This document shows, one piece after another, positions 58,863-64,000 of a stretch of 64,000 nt of DNA (position 1 is the first letter of the stretch; every line of letters begins with the position of its first letter). The position numbers were made by a program, and so were the translations under genes. The DNA lies in assembly GCA_030637025.1 (NCBI GenBank), contig DAOVVV010000001.1:50139-114138 (forward strand). The letters are read 5' to 3'. The DNA is from Clostridia bacterium (lineage in GTDB: Bacteria > CBDUZB01 > JAGLHV01). The notes under the pieces are model-generated. The model saw only the letters and a list, made by a program, of their open reading frames with translations. It made no database searches and was not told the DNA's origin.

Positions 58863-60980
58863 TTACATCTTTATAGCACTTACTTTTTGAATTCTCAGGA
58901 ATCGTGCATTGATAGCTACAATTACTGTGCTCAGAGACATCAGTAATGCCCCCATAGCAGGACTCAAAAGGATGCCCGCCTTATAAAGCACCCCTGCTGC
59001 AAGAGGAATGGCAAAAGCATTGTATCCTGTGGCCCAGGCAAGATTCTGAATCATCTTTGTGTAAGTAACTCGTGCAAGGCCCAGAATTGCTACTGCATCA
59101 AGCGGGTTACTTCTGACAAGGATGATATCTGCTGTCTCAACAGCCACATCAGTGCCCGCGCCAATGGCAATTCCCACATCTGCCTGGGCTAATGCCGGGG
59201 CATCATTTACTCCATCCCCGGTCATAGCGACAACTAATCCTCTTTGCTGAACCTCTCTTATTTTTAATAACTTATCCTGAGGCAAAACCTCTGCAAAATA
59301 CTCATCTAACCCTATTTCCTCCGACACCCATTGAGCAACCTGTCTGTTATCGCCGGTGAGCATCATACATTTAATCCCCATAGTTTTGAGCATAGAAATT
59401 GCTTTTTTAGACTCGGGTCTGATAATATCAGCAAGAGCAATCGCACCTTTAAGCCTTCCGTCAATCATTACAAAGACAATTGTTTTTCCCTGGGAAAAAA
59501 TTCTTTTTATTCTCTCATCGTCACTGATTGAAATATCATTCTCCCTCAAATAACCCGGACTTACTACTTTTATTTTTTTGCCTTTAACACTTCCTTCTAC
59601 TCCTTTTCCCGGTATGGTTTTAAATCCTTCGACAGGAAGAATGTCCTTGAAAGATGCAACAAACCCCTTTGCAATAGGATGTTCAGAGCGAGCTTCTACT
59701 GATGCAGCATATTTCAGAAGTTCTTTTTCATTAATGTCATCTGAAAAACTAATTGTATCGGTGATGCCAAATTTCCCTTCGGTAAGGGTTCCTGTTTTAT
59801 CAAATATTATTGTCTGAATGTTTCTTGCTCTTTCAAAAGCAGCCCTGTTTCGAATAAGCAGACCATTTCTTGCCGCAAGTGCTGTTGAAACAGCAACAAC
59901 AAGAGGAACAGCGAGCCCAAGCGCATGAGGACAGGTAATTACCATTACGGTCACAGCTCTCTCGAGAGAAAAGGCAAAATCCTTGTTTGTCGCCAATAAC
60001 CATATAAAAAGTGTTATGGCTCCACAGGTAAGGGCTATTATGGTTAGCCACAGTGCTGCACGATTTGCTAAATCCTGGGTTTTTGACTTACTCTGTTGTG
60101 CCTCTTTGACCAGATTTATCATCTGTGAAAGAAAAGAATCACTGCCGGTTTTTTTAACCTCTATGGTTATTGAACCGCCACCATTTATAGAACCACCTAT
60201 AACCTTGACCCCTGCTTTTTTGGGTACAGGCTTAGATTCACCGGTAAGCATCGCTTCATTTACTAAGCTTTCACCTTCAATAACTTCTCCATCTGCAGGA
60301 ATCTTTTCTCCGGGCTTTACAATAACTTTATCGTTAACCCCTAATTCACCCAGGGGTACGTCTTTTATGTTACCATCCGATATTAACTTATGAGCAGCCG
60401 AAGGCATAAGTCTTGCTAACTCTTCAAGTGCTCTCGACGCCCCCATGATAGATTTCATTTCTATCCAATGGCCGAGAAGCATAATATCAACCAGGGTGAC
60501 AAGTTCCCAGAAAAAAATTTTTCCGCTCAAGCCAAAGACAACCGCAGTACTATACAAATATGCCGTTGAAATTGCAACAGAGATAAGAGTCATCATTCCC
60601 GGCTCTTTTTTCTTGAGTTCATCAAATATCCCCTTAAGGAAGGGATATCCACCGTAAAAAAAGACTGCCGAAGAAAGTGCAAAGAGTAAGTATGAATCAC
60701 CTGCAAACCTGATCACTTCTCTTAACTTAAGAAATTTTTGAATCATTGGAGAGAGAATTAGGATAGGAACTGTGAGAATCAGAGATATCCAAAACCGCTT
60801 CTTAAAGTCCTCCACCATATGAGAATGATGGTCGTGGTGCCCATGCCCATGATGCATGGAATGTTGATGCTCTCGATGAGTTTCCTCTTCTTTTACTTCT
60901 TCCAGTTCAACATTACACATCTTGCATTTTCCAGGGGCATCATATTCCATCGAACATTTTGGGCATCTGTATTTGGCCAT
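58863..60980 (-). CDS. copB: CopB-type P1B heavy-metal (copper) translocating ATPase with a His-rich, Zn-ribbon-like N-terminus.
   Basis: CPH transmembrane motif (ITCPHALGLAVP), DKTGTLT, GDGVNDAPAL. The N-terminus has CPKC...CKMC and HREHQHSMHHGHGHHDHHSH. A GGAGGTGG RBS precedes the ATG at 60980. The gene is ~45% GC against a ~30% GC background. Confidence 0.9.
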   Translation of the reverse strand: MAKYRCPKCSMEYDAPGKCKMCNVELEEVKEEETHREHQHSMHHGHGHHDHHSHMVEDFKKRFWISLILTVPILILSPMIQKFLKLREVIRFAGDSYLLFALSSAVFFYGGYPFLKGIFDELKKKEPGMMTLISVAISTAYLYSTAVVFGLSGKIFFWELVTLVDIMLLGHWIEMKSIMGASRALEELARLMPSAAHKLISDGNIKDVPLGELGVNDKVIVKPGEKIPADGEVIEGESLVNEAMLTGESKPVPKKAGVKVIGGSINGGGSITIEVKKTGSDSFLSQMINLVKEAQQSKSKTQDLANRAALWLTIIALTCGAITLFIWLLATNKDFAFSLERAVTVMVITCPHALGLAVPLVVAVSTALAARNGLLIRNRAAFERARNIQTIIFDKTGTLTEGKFGITDTISFSDDINEKELLKYAASVEARSEHPIAKGFVASFKDILPVEGFKTIPGKGVEGSVKGKKIKVVSPGYLRENDISISDDERIKRIFSQGKTIVFVMIDGRLKGAIALADIIRPESKKAISMLKTMGIKCMMLTGDNRQVAQWVSEEIGLDEYFAEVLPQDKLLKIREVQQRGLVVAMTGDGVNDAPALAQADVGIAIGAGTDVAVETADIILVRSNPLDAVAILGLARVTYTKMIQNLAWATGYNAFAIPLAAGVLYKAGILLSPAMGALLMSLSTVIVAINARFLRIQKVSAIKM

Positions 60981-61034
60981 AATACCACCTCCTTCAAGGT
61001 TAAACCCATTCCAAACCCGCATTGGAACAGACTA

Positions 61035-61358
61035 TTATTTCTGAAGTTCCCCGTCAAGCCATTTTAGATAATCTTTACTTCCCTCAAGTATCGGTAAACA
61101 TATTATTTCCGGTGTTTCATACGGATGTATTTCTTTAATACAATCTTCAATTTTTTTGTACAGGTTTCTTCTACTCTTAATAAAACATAGCCATTCTTCC
61201 GCTTTCTCTATGTTGTTTTTCCACCAATAAGTACTTGCTACAGGCCCGATTATCTGAACACAACCGGCTAATCTTTTTTCGATTAAAACCCCGGTTATCT
61301 TTTCCGCATCTTCCTTTTTTTCCGTGGTAGTAATCACCTGAATATATTCATTATCCAT
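61035..61358 (-). CDS. cutA: Divalent-cation tolerance protein CutA.
   Basis: MDNEYIQVITTTEKKEDAEKITGVLIEKRLAGCVQIIGPVASTYWWKN... has CutA1 fold signatures and is ~108 aa. The listed ORF extends 5' through a non-coding leader. Confidence 0.75.
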   Translation of the reverse strand: MDNEYIQVITTTEKKEDAEKITGVLIEKRLAGCVQIIGPVASTYWWKNNIEKAEEWLCFIKSRRNLYKKIEDCIKEIHPYETPEIICLPILEGSKDYLKWLDGELQK

Positions 61359-61367
61359 AACAAACAT

Positions 61368-61480
61368 CCTTTTTCCCAAAGGGATAAGACTTCTGCAAAA
61401 TAGCTTTTTTACCTTGTTGCCTGTCCGCTCCGCCTCATGCGAATTAGGTGGGTCATTCCTGCGAAAGCAGGAATCTATTG
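61368..61480 (-). other. GC-rich conserved structured motif, copy 2, lying in the cutA 5' leader.
   Basis: The minus strand reads GATTCCTGC-tttc-GCAGGAATGACCC...ggcgg...CAGGCAACAAGGtAAAAAAGCTATTTTGCAGAAGTC. It includes an 8-bp stem/tetraloop hairpin and is homologous to 55155-55260. Confidence 0.3.
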
Positions 61481-61510
61481 ATATTTTAAGCACATTGAAA
61501 ACCACACAAA

Positions 61511-61578
61511 AATTATTTTATTAAACAACACCTACAAATTCTGCAACTATTATGAAATCATCCTCCGATACATTTTCC
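61511..61578. repeat. Copy 2 of the ~68-bp direct repeat.
   Basis: aattattttattaaacaacacctACAAATTCTGCAACTATTaTgAAATCATCcTcCGATACATTTTCC. It sits upstream of the cutA leader, at the edge of the GC-rich segment. Confidence 0.6.
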
Positions 61579-61694
61579 AATATTATATCTTTAAATTCTT
61601 TATTATCCGGAGATAAAATTATTTTTTTATGCTGCCATGTGCCATCGTGACAGATTTAAGGCTATACCTTTTATGCCCAAATTAGAATTCTTTC

Positions 61695-63368
61695 CTATTT
61701 TAAAATTGCTATTTTTTTAGTAGTATTAATTCCGGGACCATTGATATGAATTATATAAATCCCTGAAGAAATAACTCTCCCACAACTATTCTTACAGTCC
61801 CAAAGAATAAAATCTTCTTCACCGGTAGTTTCTTTGCTCTTTTCCCAAACTAATTGCCCTTTTAGTGTATATATCCTTATTTTAATCTCTCCGATTCTTT
61901 CTGCCCTGAAATGAATCGTTGCTTGCTCTCCTTTTGCCGGATTTACATAACCTTTCTCTCCACCTTGAACTTTTACTGTTCCTACTTCCATTCCTACATC
62001 TTGTATGTTCTCTAATCTAACCTCAAATCCTGCTTGTATCGTTCCACTGACTTCATCTATATTGGTCACAGTTATATCTCTTGTTCCCAAAGATGCATTT
62101 TCAGCTATACTAATATTTAACTGCAATTGGGTTGAACTCTTAAACTTAACTGAATTTATTGTTATTCCATCGCCACTAAAAATTATACTTGCTCCGGAAA
62201 ATAAATTTAAACCATTTATGGTAAAGTCAAAACTTTCTCCTCTCCTACCAAACGACGGAGACAAAGAAGAAATTTCCGGCGGACAACCATTGTATTTCAC
62301 AATAAAACAATTAAGATTTATTCCATTAGAAACCCCTCCTACACAAATAATATTATCATTATTATCTACCGCTAGTTGCCAAGCATATCCCGTATTATTA
62401 TGACAGGTTGCTGAGGAGAGAAGAACAAAATTTTGGTTATATTTTAAAGTAAAATAAATTCTATTCCTTTCAATATAACGACATCCAGAGATAATTATAT
62501 TATCATTAGTATCAACTACCACTCCTTGGGCCCATCCAGGATAAGTTGCCGAAGACATAAAAATTAAATCAGAATTATACTTTATACCCCTGGCAATAAC
62601 AATATTGTCATTACTGTCTAGTGCTATTCTGCCGTCACCCAAGCTAACTGAAGAAATAACAGCCAGATTAGAATCATACTTTATCGTAAAATAATCAGAA
62701 GCTGTTATGTCTCCTGTTTTTCCAGAGACAATGATATTATCATTACTATCTACAACTACCGCTCCAGCAAAATCGTGAGTTCCTCCGTCATAAGCAACGG
62801 AACCGATAAATATTAAATTGTGATCATATTTTATGGTAAAATAGTCATAATTTTCTTCGTTGGAACCATAGGGACCATAGGAGCTATGTCCAGTAATAAT
62901 AATATTATCATTACTGTCTACTGCTATTTGAGAAACCCTATCAATAATACCCCTATCATAGGTGGCTGAAGAGATAAACATTAAATTTTGATCATATTTA
63001 ATTGTAAAATAATCACAATTGTAATCACTACTAAAACTTCTTCCGGCAGCAATAATATTGTTATTACTATCTACCAGCACATCACTGGCCCATCCATCAT
63101 AAGTTACCGAAGAAAGGAATAGCAAATTAGAGTCATATTTTAGGGTGTAGTAATTCCAATATGTTCCGTTAGAAGTAGCTCCAACAACAATAATATTTCC
63201 GTCATTATCTGCCGTCACACTGGAAGCATAGTCTGAATCACCGCTATCATAAATAGCCGAGGCAATGGGAATCAAAGTACCTACAGCGATTGCTTTTACA
63301 GAGACAAAAAAGATAATTCCCATAAAAACCAATACTACTTCCAAAAATCTTGAGTGTTTTTTTTTCAT
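61695..63368 (-). CDS. Secreted SBBP-type beta-propeller repeat protein with an Ig-like/TIG region and a T9SS-type C-terminal sorting (Por_Secre_tail-like) domain.
   Basis: 557 aa with a signal peptide. About 8 repeats of DSNDNIIV-G...DYFTIKYD-NL. The C-terminus ...ISSGIYIIHINGPGINTTKKIAILK resembles a T9SS CTD or a FlgD-Ig domain. Confidence 0.55.
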   Translation of the reverse strand: MKKKHSRFLEVVLVFMGIIFFVSVKAIAVGTLIPIASAIYDSGDSDYASSVTADNDGNIIVVGATSNGTYWNYYTLKYDSNLLFLSSVTYDGWASDVLVDSNNNIIAAGRSFSSDYNCDYFTIKYDQNLMFISSATYDRGIIDRVSQIAVDSNDNIIITGHSSYGPYGSNEENYDYFTIKYDHNLIFIGSVAYDGGTHDFAGAVVVDSNDNIIVSGKTGDITASDYFTIKYDSNLAVISSVSLGDGRIALDSNDNIVIARGIKYNSDLIFMSSATYPGWAQGVVVDTNDNIIISGCRYIERNRIYFTLKYNQNFVLLSSATCHNNTGYAWQLAVDNNDNIICVGGVSNGINLNCFIVKYNGCPPEISSLSPSFGRRGESFDFTINGLNLFSGASIIFSGDGITINSVKFKSSTQLQLNISIAENASLGTRDITVTNIDEVSGTIQAGFEVRLENIQDVGMEVGTVKVQGGEKGYVNPAKGEQATIHFRAERIGEIKIRIYTLKGQLVWEKSKETTGEEDFILWDCKNSCGRVISSGIYIIHINGPGINTTKKIAILK

Positions 63369-63472
63369 TTATATCCTTCTTTATCTCGGCATACTACTTT
63401 TATTATTTTTTTGCCTCTTGTCGGTTATCTTATTTCTTAAGACTGTCCCGTATATAGTTCCTTGTTTTTAAT

Positions 63473-63982
63473 TCAAAATAAAATTTTCCAAGTTGTATCT
63501 AATAATTTGCAAAAAATATAACTTATAAATATAAGTATTCCCCCCTGCCATAACCAACAAAAAGTCGTTTTCTTTTTAAATTCAATTTGCGGAAATTTGT
63601 TCTCTATAAAATTTTTAAAACCAATGGACCCGAATGTCCACATATTAGAAAACAATAAGAAAAATCCTATAAATACAAACAACATCGCATTTTCTATTTT
63701 TAATTTTGGCGCAATCCAACTGCTTATCCATATACAAAATAAAAATGTCGTTACAACAACGGTCATTTGAATTAATGAAACAAACCACCAAGAGTAATAA
63801 AAATAATTTTTATTTCTACATTTATCAAGAATATCATTGAGTTCTTTTACAATACCTTCAACCCAGATATTATCATCATCTTCAACCAAATAATAACTTT
63901 TACCAAATGTTGTTTCAAAATCTATTTCTATTCTTTTCCTTTTATATGAGGTACGATTTATTGGACTATCCAAAAGAATCAC
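63473..63982 (-). CDS. Hypothetical membrane protein.
   Basis: 169 aa with 3-4 predicted TMs after a soluble N-terminal region. Confidence 0.4.
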   Translation of the reverse strand: MILLDSPINRTSYKRKRIEIDFETTFGKSYYLVEDDDNIWVEGIVKELNDILDKCRNKNYFYYSWWFVSLIQMTVVVTTFLFCIWISSWIAPKLKIENAMLFVFIGFFLLFSNMWTFGSIGFKNFIENKFPQIEFKKKTTFCWLWQGGILIFISYIFCKLLDTTWKILF

Positions 63983-64000
63983 TAATCTTTCAATTTTCTT

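Noticed and set aside
61368-61505. N-terminal 49 aa of the listed cutA ORF.
   Set aside because: CutA homologs start at MDNEY/MFVMD. The extension coincides with the GC-rich structured leader and contains no CutA-like sequence.
1-64000. A search for tRNA, rRNA, CRISPR arrays and transposase/IS genes.
   Set aside because: No intergenic region shows tRNA-like GC-rich cloverleaf signatures (for example GGTTCGAATCC). There are no regularly spaced direct repeats with unique spacers. There are no transposase or integrase ORFs other than the chromosomal Xer recombinase.

Overview
This is an AT-rich (~30% GC) bacterial window, probably from a diderm candidate-phylum-like genome, and every credible gene (~57) lies on the minus strand.

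Gene content in transcription order (high to low coordinate):
- 63982-61695: a membrane protein and an SBBP beta-propeller protein with a T9SS-like C-terminal domain.
- 61505-58198: a GC-rich copper module (cutA, then a CopB-type His-rich P1B-ATPase), a metallophosphoesterase and a flavodoxin.
- 57569-49519: a PD40 beta-propeller protein, an SPFH protein, tatA and tatC, a radical SAM enzyme with a Tat-like N-terminus, and a membrane-fused spermidine-synthase-like protein.
- 49409-34272: tyrS, smc, dprA, a small Cys-rich ORF, topA, a Xer tyrosine recombinase, a ferredoxin, sppA, a partial AmmeMemoRadiSam locus (radical SAM, Memo and a THEP1-like NTPase, no AMMECR1) and polX.
- 33923-24984: dapB, a GGDEF protein, an FAH-family protein, a DapL-like aminotransferase, folK, panB, panC, a lipoprotein, an outer-membrane barrel protein and coaD.
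- 24910-14448: a complete type IV pilus operon (pilB-pilT-pilC-pilA-pilD-pilMNOPQ).
- 14278-1: a glycan block of two Wzy_C/O-antigen-ligase-like TPR-fusion paralogs, a GtrB-like GT2, YfhO, a DegT aminotransferase, a GbsR/MarR-like regulator, pseB, an LmbE deacetylase, a GT-B-like hypothetical, a pseC-like aminotransferase and a partial pseG-like gene.

Non-coding structure:
- A repeat-rich intergenic element bounded by a perfect 22-bp inverted repeat (12047-12340), with related copies at 25491-25621 and 53234-53260.
- A ~68-bp direct repeat pair (58121-58188, 61511-61578) framing the copper module.
- A GC-rich ~80-nt motif shared between 55155-55260 (+) and the cutA leader (61368-61480, -).
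- A G10 tract inside the GT2 gene, an in-frame TAG splitting a TPR domain, and a bidirectional terminator after pilQ.

I found no tRNA, rRNA or CRISPR. The most interesting hypotheses are a pilin O-glycosylation island with a possibly phase-variable GT2, a Tat-exported radical SAM enzyme next to tatAC, and a horizontally acquired copB-cutA module.
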